IMG/VR virus record: IMGVR_UViG_3300027754_000034
Location: 124,001 to 188,000 of that record
Direction: 5' to 3' (one strand)
Length of the DNA stretch: 64,000 nt
Part shown: one piece after another, positions 38,280 to 51,261 of the stretch
Position numbering within the stretch: the first letter of the stretch is position 1
How the letters are laid out: each line of letters begins with the position of its first letter
Program-made: the position numbers and the translations under genes
Notes under the pieces: model-generated
What the model saw: only the letters and a program-made list of their open reading frames with translations
Database searches by the model: none
Told to the model about the DNA's origin: nothing

Positions 38280-38891
38280 TCAGATCTCGGGGGAGATCAC
38301 CCGGGCCTGGTCTCGAAGCGCGGGATCAGCTGCCATCAGCTGGTCTCGAACCACGACCAAGGTGGCCTTGCTGTAACGTGTGCCCACCAATGTTGCGTAA
38401 CCAAGCATCCCATGCTTGGTGGTTGCAAACCGGATCCCATCGGCCTTGAGCTGCCCGAGTGGCTTGCCATCCTTGTCCGTTGGGACCTTTAGATCTCCCT
38501 CCCAGGCCTTCTCGAAGGCCTGGGCCGGTTCCTCACCAGCGGTGGTGAGTGCCTCGAAGGAGGCCATGATTTGGGAGGCGATGCCAGTGCTCGCGAGAGC
38601 GTGGCTCGACATGAACCCCCTCCGGTTCTTACTTGTGGTCTCTTTCGAGGCCACCTCGTCTTGTGTCTGGAGGAGGAAGGTCAAGAGGAAGACGCAGCGC
38701 GCGGCGGCATCGTCGTTCGAGACTCTGTGCCGCAATTCTTCGACCCCGATGAAGGGCCACTGGCGGAAGCCAGGGGAAGGGACCTTGATCTGGACGAGGT
38801 TGTTGATGAGCATGGAAATGGTCTTGATGTTGTTGTTCACGGTCGGCTCCAATGCAGGTGAAGGTGAAATGTCCGAAAGCGGCACCTGCAA
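38280..38891 (-). CDS. First gene after the tandem promoters; unknown function (likely GTG start at 38840)
   Basis: GC-rich coding bias, GGAG RBS before GTG, hairpin after stop. Confidence 0.65.
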   Translation of the reverse strand: MQVPLSDISPSPALEPTVNNNIKTISMLINNLVQIKVPSPGFRQWPFIGVEELRHRVSNDDAAARCVFLLTFLLQTQDEVASKETTSKNRRGFMSSHALASTGIASQIMASFEALTTAGEEPAQAFEKAWEGDLKVPTDKDGKPLGQLKADGIRFATTKHGMLGYATLVGTRYSKATLVVVRDQLMAADPALRDQARVISPEI

Positions 38892-38904
38892 GCCGCTCTC
38901 GCAT

Positions 38905-39112
38905 CAGGAGGACGCAGCGCCCGGTGCAGCTGTCGCTGCGACCGGATCACCGCTCCCTCACACAAGGAGGACGCAGCGCCCGGTGCAGCTGTCGCTGCGA
39001 CCGGATCACCGCTCCCTCACACAAGGAGGACGCAGCGCCCGGGGCAGCTGTCGCTGCGACCGGATCACCCCGTCTCCCTCACAAGGAGGACGCAGCGCCC
39101 GGGGCAGCTGTC
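38905..39112 (-). repeat. Four tandem 59-60 bp repeats, each carrying the promoter motif
   Basis: aggaggacgcagcgcccgg[t/g]gcagctgtc with ggacg at 38910, 38969, 39028, 39088. Confidence 0.9.
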
Positions 39113-39121
39113 ACCCAGTGA

Positions 39122-39250
39122 CAATCTCCATCCCCCTATATATATAGGGGGATGGAGATTGGGTGAAAATTGGTATACCCCCCTATATATATAGGGGGAT
39201 GGAGATTGGGTGAAAATTGGTATACCCCCATATGTATAGGGGGGATGGGG
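39122..39250. repeat. 40-bp perfect palindrome plus ~46-bp direct repeats
   Basis: caatctccatccccctatat|atatagggggatggagattg; ccccctatatatataggggg recurs at about 39178. Confidence 0.85.
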
Positions 39251-39363
39251 TATAGGGAAAATTAGGTAGGGATCAGTGAACCCCTTTGGGAGGGGAAACC
39301 GTGAGCCTGGTAAAATGGGGGGTCCCCGGTGAAAATTGGGTACGATTCAGTTTACACGGTAGT

Positions 39364-39583
39364 GGTCCCGTTTCAAACATATCTGGGTATTTGACATCAC
39401 GATAAAAAACGGTCCCATTTCAAACATATCTGGGTATCCTGAATGCTAATAACTGGGTATCATGAATGCTGATACAAGTGGATTCCACCCTAGAAATGTT
39501 TAACTTGTAACTCCGCATTCATAACGATCCTGACGTATTCAGGTATTTGCGGAATTAAAGTGGTCCCATTTCAACCATATTTT
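39364..39583. repeat. Iteron-like repeats ggtccc[a/g]tttcaa[a/c]catat
   Basis: Copies at about 39365, 39411 and 39562. Confidence 0.7.
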
Positions 39584-39907
39584 GGAATGTAAAGCCATAA
39601 TATCCGGGTTTTTAAAACCGGTTATGCTTTATCTCTTTAAATGATAATCCTGAAAGTTCATCCAAAAATCTGAATATATCGAGATAAACGACTCTAAATA
39701 AAAACCTTTTTGGAGAAGAAATTAAACGGGAAATTCTTTTTTGGGTCCCCCTTCCCACATTATACATTATGTAATTTCATTTTTGTTCTATCACAGAACA
39801 TCCTGATATTGACGCTTCACAAGCATGCTTTTTAAGTGTTTATGGGTCCCGCAGTTTAAAATCACCGGGTCAATCAGTATGGTGTGTAGATTATATGGAG
39901 GCAGTAA

Positions 39908-40117
39908 ATGAAAGAATTTCAAATATGGAGTGAAGGTTTTAGTATGGGCAATAAAATCACACGAGCTAGTTATATGGGGATTTCTAGAGGTGCTTCCTTT
40001 CATGAAGCGTGTGATTATTTTTTCCGAAAAAATCCTCGTTATAATTCGTCAGACATTACTCATTGGGGATGCAGGCTTTTCGAGGATGAAAAATCTGCTA
40101 GAAGCCGATTTGGGTGA
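39908..40117 (+). CDS. Small conserved phage protein
   Basis: GGAGG RBS; IWSEG...G.SF.EAC...WGCRLF.DE..AR..FG. Confidence 0.6.
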   Translation: MKEFQIWSEGFSMGNKITRASYMGISRGASFHEACDYFFRKNPRYNSSDITHWGCRLFEDEKSARSRFG

Positions 40118-40120
40118 TCG

Positions 40121-40528
40121 TCAAGTCATTTGTTCCAACATATCTTGAGCCTTATCGGACATCTCACCTTTACCTTTACCTTTACCTTTTTTCTGGTCTC
40201 TACGGTTTACCTTTTTTAGCTCTTTCTTTTCCTGGTTCACTTGAGTAGTAGTCATTACCGTATTTTGGCTAGGTCGAGCCATATTTTTACATAACGGACA
40301 ATATACACCAGAAGTCTTCACGGTATCCAGGTACACTTGGAAATCAGCGTTACATTTTTCACATTTATAATCCCACAATTTCATAGCAAGTCTTTTTGAC
40401 GTCGCATTCCTAAAATTGTAAGTTTTACCAAGTAACTCGATAGAACGTCGAAATTCATCCATACAAAGGCTCACCATTAAGGGTGTAACCTTCCGAATGG
40501 ATTTAACCGAACACTTCATTCGGACCAT
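40121..40528 (-). CDS. FmdB-like zinc-ribbon protein (true start probably MKLWDYKC)
   Basis: YKCEKC...F...CPLC. Confidence 0.5.
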   Translation of the reverse strand: MVRMKCSVKSIRKVTPLMVSLCMDEFRRSIELLGKTYNFRNATSKRLAMKLWDYKCEKCNADFQVYLDTVKTSGVYCPLCKNMARPSQNTVMTTTQVNQEKKELKKVNRRDQKKGKGKGKGEMSDKAQDMLEQMT

Positions 40529-42179
40529 TCCTGATTCACATGAGTACCAAGAACGTTTAAAATTAGAACTTTCTTGGTTTCGGGGTAGCGCGGCTGAACC
40601 TTATTTATTAACCGTCGCCCAAATATGCAGAGCAACAGTCGATATACCTCGAATTATTCGCGGATCAGCAGGTTCCAGTCTTGTCGTCTACGCCCTCGGG
40701 ATTTCAGACATTGATCCCGTTCATTGGAACATTGAGCCAGAACGGTTCTTCCATCCCCGACGACATTCTCTTCCCGATATCGATTTAGACTTCCCCGACA
40801 ATCGTCGTGACGAAGTCTTCGAACGCATCTACAATTTATTTCCCGGAAGAGCAGCTCGAATCTCTAATCATTCTCAATTTTCCGACGCCGGGTCCATTCG
40901 ACAAGCCGTTCGGTTTCTCGGTTATCGACACCATTTACCCAGTAAATTCCTTCTTTCCGACGTCGTTCCCGGTCTTGAATCTCGCGCCGTCGAAATCGCT
41001 TCAGAGTTACGACACCAAGTCTACAACATATCGCTTCATTGCGGCGGAGTCGTCGTTTTCGACCACCAGGTTCCACCACATCTTCTAACAGATTCCCCCC
41101 GACAAATTCGACTCGATAAGTTGGAAACCGAACATCATCAATTTATGAAAATCGACATTTTATCTAACATTTCGCTCACCCAACTCCACGCAATATCGGA
41201 CGCTCCCTTTTCCTCATATTCTGAAAAGGACGAACTCACATCCCGTCTCTTATCTAGCGGGCGTTCTCTCGGCATCACTCAAGCGGAGTCTCCCGCTTTC
41301 CAGAAGCTCCTTCGAGCACTTCGTCCTAATTCTCTTCCAGACGTCGTTCTCGCTATGGCTCTCATTCGTCCAGCATCCGCTTGGCGAGCCCACAGGCGCG
41401 ATTTTCTTAATCAGTGGCATCAAAATAGAAGAACTTCTCTCATGGTTTATGAGGACGACGCTACGCAGGTAATATCACGCCTCACAGGTTTACCAGGTCC
41501 TGAATCCGATGAAATTCGCCGCGCCTTTATAAATCGTCATCTGGAAATAACCAAAACATTAAGAGACAAATTAGAATTAACAGAAGAAGGTAACGGGATA
41601 ATCCAGGATATAGAGGCTTTTCGCACATTTTCAATGTGCAAGTCTCATTCAGTATCTTACGGGCGAGTTGTATGGGCACTCGCATATCATAAAGCCCACA
41701 ACCCCTCCGCTTTTTGGTTATCCACCATCAACCATGCAAAGTCCATGTGGCGTGATTGGGTGCACATTGAAGAAGCGAAACTGTCAGGACTCGACATAAA
41801 GCCGGGGAAAAAACCCTTCATCCTATCCGGTTCTACTTTATATCCTTCGGGATATACACCAACACTTTTCCTTCCGGATCCCCTTTGGGAGCTTAAAACT
41901 TACGGGATGTGGTCCGGCAATACGTTTCCAGCCGGATGTGGTCACAGTTATGATGAGACTCGAATCTCTTTCAAAGGAATAATCGGTACTTCTCGAATTT
42001 TAAAATCAAAAGATGGAGACGCCACTACATTTGTTACCATTGGGACTTCTCCCGGCGTATACCGCGATCTAATCTTAGAGGGAGCGATCGATACGACTCG
42101 CCGGAACTTTATCGAAGGTACCGGGGATTCGTATGTAACAAATGGGAGTGAATCTGTTAAAGTAACTCATTACGAGTTA

Positions 42180-42185
<6 letters not shown>
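40497..42185 (+). CDS. dnaE: Minimal C-family DNA polymerase (DnaE alpha-like, lacking PHP domain)
   Basis: [49 protein letters not shown]. Confidence 0.88.
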
Positions 42186-43986
<1,801 letters not shown>

Positions 43987-44005
43987 TAATGACCTATAGT
44001 CCGTA

Positions 44006-44896
<891 letters not shown>

Positions 44897-45131
44897 TTAC
44901 ATATGTTTTTTTATAAACAATTCACTTCAGATCATTATTTATTAGTTTATTAGTATGTAGGCACATACTTAACTTATGCTTTATGAAATCATTCTAAGGT
45001 AAGTTCGATCAATGAAACATAAATCATATGCAAGATTCTAGTCCGACTAGTTCTTAGTAAACCCCGGAACTCCTTTTACATATTTATTCTAGATTAATCA
45101 TAATAGAAAAGTCCCGAGTATTTATAATAAA

Positions 45132-45344
45132 TTAGGGAGAATTAGGGATATTGATTCCCATTTGTTTCAAAGCGTCCACCAATACTCTTAAGTTTTCTTC
45201 TACTGAGTTATTCTTAATATCTGGAATGCCTATGCTTTCTAATCCAGCCCTCTTCTTCACTTCTGCACTGGCTACATTAACAATATCTAGAAGTTCATCA
45301 TCGGGTATAATAGACATATTAGCTTTTAAAGATTCTAGGATCAT
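45132..45344 (-). CDS. Hypothetical protein
   Basis: Leaderless-type -10 box upstream. Confidence 0.5.
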   Translation of the reverse strand: MILESLKANMSIIPDDELLDIVNVASAEVKKRAGLESIGIPDIKNNSVEENLRVLVDALKQMGINIPNSP

Positions 45345-45357
45345 ATTTTATTGTACA

Positions 45358-46452
45358 TTAAGAAATGGTTATTGTTATCAAATTGGACTCAACCGGATTG
45401 TAATTAGAATTACCATTAAATTCGCATTTCAAGGATTGATTCATATCCCAGGATAATGAAGAATTATATTTCACCATTATAATTTCTGGATTCTGATTTA
45501 CCAGTCTTGTTTCTAACTTCCTTCTAGTCATTCCCTGTAATGATGTTACCTCGACCGTATAAGGAATTTCTAAATCATGTATTAAATTGATGGTAATCCA
45601 TTCATTGGTTGAAATTGTGGTCTTATTTGGCGAGATAGTGATATTCTGGTTTCCCTTGGAGACGTTAACGTTAAAATATTTTTTTGATTTTAAAAATGTG
45701 AATAAATCATCATCACCTGGATAGAAAGATACTGAATAATCCTGACTTCCAGCATCTTTTGGAATGTATGTTAAAGAAGCACTGTTATTTATCAAAGCTA
45801 TTCTAGGTCCATCATTCAATCTAACTTCTCCTTTTACGCTTATCGGTATTTCATTAAACAATGATACAGCTGTCACATTAATTACGTATGGAGACTGAAC
45901 TTCCGGAATCATCATCGGTGTAATCTGAAATTCTACAGATAATTTAGGGGATGAATCGAAAACATATTGACCATATATAGGAAATTCATGATCGTATAAT
46001 GTAATATTATTCCAAATCCAGGAATTTTTCAAATCAACCTTTTTAAATTCCTCTGCGGCATTTATTTCGTTTAAACTAGCGATTTCTTTGAACGCGTAGG
46101 CTGGGATGCTGTCTGTTACTAGTAAAACTGAGTATTGATTTTCTGCGATTCTGTCTACTCTAGATACATGTACTTTGGATATTATTTCATCTTGTAATTG
46201 ATATCCCTCTAAATACCAGTTAGTAACGAGTCCATTTTTAAATAATTTTATTGCGTTTTGTTCGGCAGTCTTGGAGTCTAGAGCAGATATGAGTATGCTA
46301 GCTCTAGCAAAGTATTTTTTACTAAATACAGTCAATACATAATTATTCATAACAAAATATCCGATAAAAATTCCGACTTGGATATTTTTATGTAATATTT
46401 TGATGTAATATTTTGTGTGGAAAGACACACTACACTTGATCAAAATTACCAT
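45358..46452 (-). CDS. Protein with C-terminal Ig-like domains (probable start MNNYVL)
   Basis: V.FYPGDD and F.GNSNYNP.ES Big_3-like endings. Confidence 0.55.
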   Translation of the reverse strand: MVILIKCSVSFHTKYYIKILHKNIQVGIFIGYFVMNNYVLTVFSKKYFARASILISALDSKTAEQNAIKLFKNGLVTNWYLEGYQLQDEIISKVHVSRVDRIAENQYSVLLVTDSIPAYAFKEIASLNEINAAEEFKKVDLKNSWIWNNITLYDHEFPIYGQYVFDSSPKLSVEFQITPMMIPEVQSPYVINVTAVSLFNEIPISVKGEVRLNDGPRIALINNSASLTYIPKDAGSQDYSVSFYPGDDDLFTFLKSKKYFNVNVSKGNQNITISPNKTTISTNEWITINLIHDLEIPYTVEVTSLQGMTRRKLETRLVNQNPEIIMVKYNSSLSWDMNQSLKCEFNGNSNYNPVESNLITITIS

Positions 46453-47106
46453 AAATACGCTCCATCAGAATGTCTAAACCCCAAAGAATGGTTCGAAAAG
46501 GCATTCCAGTTCGGTCATGAATATTATGGTTCAGAAATAACTAGAGCTAGTGCAGTAGATTTTAAAAAGGTTTCCCCCAGTTTATTCTTCTCAGAATATA
46601 TCTGGGTAGTTCATGCGACAGGCTTTTCAGCAAAAGCAGTTAGTAAATTTATCGAACGTCTGTCGAAAGCATATGGGGAGTATGATACACTAAGCCAAAA
46701 ATCCATAGAAGAGGCACTAATGATAGTAACTCCTGTCGTGAATAACCCTCCTAAAATTAGAGCCATATGGGAGACATCAAAATTACTTAATCATGGCATT
46801 ATACTTATGGGTTGGGAGGAGTTCAAAAATACTAAATTAAACGACCTAGAAAAACTGCAATCACTTCCATATATAGGAAAAGTAACTAAATATCATTTAG
46901 GCAGAAATATTGGAATGTTAGATTGTGTAAAACCAGATTTACACTTAGTGAGATTGAGGAAAAAATTCGGGTACGAATCTGAAATAGAAATGATAAGAGA
47001 TATGTCTATGGGTCACGAATTACCACTAGGAATCGCTGATATGATTGCTTGGTACTATGCTTCTACCTTTGGAACCAGCCATATGAAAAATAAAGGAGAC
47101 CGATAA
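46417..47106 (+). CDS. HhH-GPD DNA-glycosylase-fold protein
   Basis: LQSLPYIGKVT HhH; KPDLHLVRL. Confidence 0.75.
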   Translation: MERHTTLDQNYHKYAPSECLNPKEWFEKAFQFGHEYYGSEITRASAVDFKKVSPSLFFSEYIWVVHATGFSAKAVSKFIERLSKAYGEYDTLSQKSIEEALMIVTPVVNNPPKIRAIWETSKLLNHGIILMGWEEFKNTKLNDLEKLQSLPYIGKVTKYHLGRNIGMLDCVKPDLHLVRLRKKFGYESEIEMIRDMSMGHELPLGIADMIAWYYASTFGTSHMKNKGDR

Positions 47107-47915
47107 TGAATTATATTTTTGGAATATCTGGATTCGCAGGTATTGGTAAAGATGAATTTTGTAGAAGACTTGTGTCGAATTACGGGGCAACGCATATTGG
47201 ACTCATAGATCCAGGTAAAAGAACATTGCACGAAATATATGGATTCTCGGAAAAACAGTTATTTGGTCCTTCGAAGTATAGGAATTACGGTGACTTGAGA
47301 TATCCTAAAGCGCCATTTTTTGAGGAGAAACTCATTAGAACGAACATCAAGAATGAAACAGGCAAACACTTTTGGGTTAAATCTCTAAATTCCCATATCG
47401 ACAGTCAAGACTGTATTTCAGAAGGAGACCCAAAGTACTGGCTATCTCCTAGAGAAGCATTACAACAAGTGGGGGAACTTTTAAATAATTTATATCAAAA
47501 TACTTGGATAGATTTAGGATTGAAGACCCATCAAGTATTAGCTGAGGGAGGATATAAATATTCTAGAATGGAAGGGTTAAAAAAAGATAATTCAATACCA
47601 AAACCGAAGACATTCATTTCCTGTTTTTCAGATTTTAGACATCATAATGAAATTCATGCTACTAGAAAATTAGAATCTGCGGATTTGAAGACTATTTTAA
47701 TAAGAATTAAATCCTGTAAAATTCCGCAACCACAACATGATCATAAATCTGAGATAGAACAAACGACTATTCCAGATTCACATTTCGATTTTATCATTCA
47801 AAATGACGGTACTCTAATGTTATACCATGAAATGATAGATAAAATATTATATGAAGTATTTAATACTAATCATCTGGAATCTCCTGAATCATCAATGATC
47901 AATGGAAGTACTTAG
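47106..47915 (+). CDS. Deoxynucleoside monophosphate kinase (T4 gp1-like)
   Basis: GISGFAGIGKD, PREALQQVG, SDFR..NE, HKSE, IQNDGT. Confidence 0.88.
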   Translation: MNYIFGISGFAGIGKDEFCRRLVSNYGATHIGLIDPGKRTLHEIYGFSEKQLFGPSKYRNYGDLRYPKAPFFEEKLIRTNIKNETGKHFWVKSLNSHIDSQDCISEGDPKYWLSPREALQQVGELLNNLYQNTWIDLGLKTHQVLAEGGYKYSRMEGLKKDNSIPKPKTFISCFSDFRHHNEIHATRKLESADLKTILIRIKSCKIPQPQHDHKSEIEQTTIPDSHFDFIIQNDGTLMLYHEMIDKILYEVFNTNHLESPESSMINGST

Positions 47916-48741
47916 TGATTATCCATTGCAAAAAGGCTATAGCAGCTGCCATGGTTCCCACAGGAATAGTAATTTTTCGAGTCAATCCTTTTCCGGATTG
48001 ATCAGCCTGATCAATAATCTGCGTTAAAGCTTCAGTTGTGGTTTTCTTAACATGACCTTCAAAGGTCGCCATTCGCGAATCATGTATCACATCGGATGTC
48101 ATTAGTTTCATTATTTCCTTCGTATGTATATTAAACTGGTTTATTACTTGATTTTTTAGTTCTTCTAAAGCATCTTTATTTTGTATAGCTGCGGCCTCCG
48201 CCTTTTTTGAGGCTGCAACCGCTTGATTTAAATCTTCTCTTGTCTTTATGATTTCTTCTTTAAGAGTATCATTGATGTCTAAAATCTCCTTTTTTATAGA
48301 TTTTAACTCCATGAGTGCAGCTGAAGTCTGAAACGTATTGTCTGCTGACATCTTTGCGAACTTAAATCCTATGTCCGCCTTTTCTGTTAAAACCATTAAT
48401 TCCACGTGGAAAATTAAATATTCATCATCTTTATATTCTATGCTCATCATCCACCATGCTATTTTATGTTTAGCGCATGAAATAGGCCACAACGTTTTTA
48501 GTGGGACACTGTGTGGGGAATAGCCAGTAAGTAATCTTGATAATCTACCCCTAAAGGTTTCGTCCACCAAGCCGAATATACTAGTATTAAGAATAGAGTT
48601 TAATTCCCCATTGCACTTTTCTGTTAAGGAGGTATTCACCCAAGTAACAGTTCCTGAAAGACATTCTAACTCAAAGTATGATTTTTCAGAGTATGCCTTG
48701 TCTTCTTTAAATAATTCTCTAGATGCATTTGACTCTTGCAT
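47899..48741 (-). CDS. PAS-like domain, coiled coil and C-terminal transmembrane helix
   Basis: G.V.WVN.......G......LN.SI..LV pattern; hydrophobic C-terminus. Confidence 0.4.
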   Translation of the reverse strand: MQESNASRELFKEDKAYSEKSYFELECLSGTVTWVNTSLTEKCNGELNSILNTSIFGLVDETFRGRLSRLLTGYSPHSVPLKTLWPISCAKHKIAWWMMSIEYKDDEYLIFHVELMVLTEKADIGFKFAKMSADNTFQTSAALMELKSIKKEILDINDTLKEEIIKTREDLNQAVAASKKAEAAAIQNKDALEELKNQVINQFNIHTKEIMKLMTSDVIHDSRMATFEGHVKKTTTEALTQIIDQADQSGKGLTRKITIPVGTMAAAIAFLQWIITKYFH

Positions 48742-48782
48742 TATTCTGTAAAGTATATTAACGATTAAACACTGAAAGAATC

Positions 48783-49115
48783 ATGATTTTAGAAATGAGA
48801 TGTGAAAAATGCAGAGTATCTGATTATTGTCCTTCGAAGGGTTCGTCTCCTGGCGTCCTTAAAAATGGAAAGCATGCGTTATGTAGATTAGTAGGGGGAT
48901 ATGGACGAAAAACTCTTCCTGAAAAAATCCTTTCTAAGGAATCGAAAGAATTGTCAGCAAACGGTAGGAATTGTCTAACAATAGCTGAAATTCCCATTAT
49001 TTTAGGAAATGATGTATTTTACAAAATAGAAAAGATATTCTCGCCCCCAGTTTTACATGAGAGAGAATCTCTCTCATGGCATCAGAAAATGTTAATGCCT
49101 AAAAGAAAATCATAA
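48783..49115 (+). CDS. Cys-rich hypothetical protein
   Basis: CEKC...CP...C. Confidence 0.5.
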   Translation: MILEMRCEKCRVSDYCPSKGSSPGVLKNGKHALCRLVGGYGRKTLPEKILSKESKELSANGRNCLTIAEIPIILGNDVFYKIEKIFSPPVLHERESLSWHQKMLMPKRKS

Positions 49116-50423
49116 ATGATCACCTATTTCGTCTGGGGAGATCGCGTTGCACCACTGCATTAATTCAGGAAATTTATTATTTACTTCTTCAAACATTTTA
49201 AATGCTATTCTTCTATATGAAATATGACCTTGAGGCTTAGTTCTCAATTCAGTGATATAATATAACTCCGCTAGGTCCATCTTAAATATACTACGATGTA
49301 AATAACCCATGGGAATGATGTACTGGTATATGTCATTGTCATGAATTACTGTGTCTTCTTCGTAATTCAATAACTGATCCATAACGTTCCTATATTTTTC
49401 CTCCAGGGGTGTGTTAACAAAGTCATCCGGCACTGAGTACCCATAGTATGTAGTTAAAGGTTCAGGAAATTGTTCACACCTTCGATGTCTTTGTAAGTCT
49501 CTATATGCCCCATAATCCATTATTATCTCTAATGTGAAATCTACTAATCTAAATATTTCAACAGTTCTTCTATTTCCTCTTTTATTCATCAGTGTATTCA
49601 ATTCCCCCCATTCCATACCATATATGCTCTTTGCATATTTCTTCATTTTCTCGAAGGACTTAAGGTCGCAATTTAGTATCTTTACTGATTCTTTATCTTT
49701 TACAAAATAATCTGGTATGATCGCCTTCAACCTTGGTTCAAAATTATCTGGTTCAATTCCCCCCAATAATGAAGGACATAATTCCGAAGCACATTTTAAA
49801 ACCTCTGCACCTATGGTTCGTATCTCCGGATTTTTATGCCCTAAAGCCTCCGATATCAAATATCTTAAATCCCTAAGATTTATTACGCAAGCCAAGTTGG
49901 TTCCTGTTCCAGCTGGTAATAAGTATCTAAGACTATCAAAAGCCCTGGCTTTTACTCTATTTTCATTAATGTCTTGAGTTCCAATGAGGCATGCTGCTCT
50001 ATCTAGAGCAGCATGATGCATTTCATCATACGCTTCATAATATCTTTTAGCAAAGTTCGTAAGTGTTGTATTACCAGGTAAGGGATTAATAAAACTATCC
50101 TTACTAAAATATTGATATCTGGTACTTTTCTCTGAATAGCCTGCTCTTTGATATTTTTCTATGAATTTAGATGCAATTATACTAATTCCTTCAAAGCAAA
50201 TAGGGATTACAGCTAGCTCTGCAACACTAGAATGACCATAACTTATAGTCCATTTAGAATGGAATTTATTCGCTTCTTCGTTAGTTAACGTGTTTATTAT
50301 ATCCTTTGCAGATAAGGACGACCTAGAATACTTAGCAAGAGTAGTGGCTTGAATGGAAGGAGGTAATAAATTTCCATCCTTAGATTTAAGAACATATATA
50401 TCCATAAAGAATCCTACATTCAT
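49110..50423 (-). CDS. thyX: FAD-dependent thymidylate synthase, tandem-domain type
   Basis: YGHSSVAE, SEKSTRY, RYLLP, RDLQRHR, ELRT..QGH..YR. Confidence 0.9.
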   Translation of the reverse strand: MNVGFFMDIYVLKSKDGNLLPPSIQATTLAKYSRSSLSAKDIINTLTNEEANKFHSKWTISYGHSSVAELAVIPICFEGISIIASKFIEKYQRAGYSEKSTRYQYFSKDSFINPLPGNTTLTNFAKRYYEAYDEMHHAALDRAACLIGTQDINENRVKARAFDSLRYLLPAGTGTNLACVINLRDLRYLISEALGHKNPEIRTIGAEVLKCASELCPSLLGGIEPDNFEPRLKAIIPDYFVKDKESVKILNCDLKSFEKMKKYAKSIYGMEWGELNTLMNKRGNRRTVEIFRLVDFTLEIIMDYGAYRDLQRHRRCEQFPEPLTTYYGYSVPDDFVNTPLEEKYRNVMDQLLNYEEDTVIHDNDIYQYIIPMGYLHRSIFKMDLAELYYITELRTKPQGHISYRRIAFKMFEEVNNKFPELMQWCNAISPDEIGDHL

Positions 50424-50455
50424 ATAATGATTCTAACAATGGAATTGGTAAGGTA

Positions 50456-51025
50456 ATGCTGGAGATTACAAAAATGTTAAATGCGGAACTAATAGAGAGA
50501 ATATCTAAAACGAAAATAAATGTGAACCCTGAAGTTTATTCACATGAAATTCAAAAAGCTTTTCTACCATGGGATGTAGATTTATCTCCCTCTGCCTTAT
50601 ACGGGTGTAGTGTTGGATGCAGGAAGTCCATGGGAATTAAAACCCCAGAAGTAAAATGGATAAGTGTTAAAAGATGGGTGAATATAACACCAATGGGTGT
50701 TACCCTCCCACCAGGGTGTTATTTATCAATTAAAAGAAAAGAAACATTTGAAGCCACTCCGACACCCAAATTCATAAAACAAGATTTCGTTTTAGTATTA
50801 TTTCCACATGGGAATGTGTGGTCACAAAAAGAAGAAGATGATCCAATTACGGAAGAATGGTTATGGTCAGAAGAAAACGGAAAAACCATCTTCGAAATGC
50901 TCATAAATAAGGATTATGACAGACCGATATCTGGATATTTTTCTTCCTGCTATGGATATATGAAGAAAAATCCTGAACAAATCGGAATACACCTAAAGAG
51001 AAAGAAAAATCTCACTAAGGTGTGA
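50456..51025 (+). CDS. Hypothetical protein
   Basis: ORF track. Confidence 0.55.
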   Translation: MLEITKMLNAELIERISKTKINVNPEVYSHEIQKAFLPWDVDLSPSALYGCSVGCRKSMGIKTPEVKWISVKRWVNITPMGVTLPPGCYLSIKRKETFEATPTPKFIKQDFVLVLFPHGNVWSQKEEDDPITEEWLWSEENGKTIFEMLINKDYDRPISGYFSSCYGYMKKNPEQIGIHLKRKKNLTKV

Positions 51026-51027
51026 AA

Positions 51028-51237
51028 TCATTCAAGTCGTATGAAAGGAAGTCCCACTAAATTTCTCCTTATGGACTCTCTTTCTTCTGATGAATTCGTT
51101 TTTATTATTAAATGACTGTCGGACCAATGAATACTTAGGGCTTCATATGGTAACTCGGTGGTTCCGATCCATAATCTTATTCCATTCTGATTTATCGCTA
51201 TAGTTACTGAGTCCATCGAAAATACCTTAGGCTTCAT
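51028..51237 (-). CDS. Hypothetical protein
   Basis: ORF track. Confidence 0.4.
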   Translation of the reverse strand: MKPKVFSMDSVTIAINQNGIRLWIGTTELPYEALSIHWSDSHLIIKTNSSEERESIRRNLVGLPFIRLE

Positions 51238-51261
51238 AAAGACATTTTGAGTATAAAAGAA

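Noticed and set aside
38905-39112. CRISPR-like repeat-spacer pattern
   Set aside because: The 'spacers' are near-identical to each other, so it is a tandem repeat; no cas genes seen
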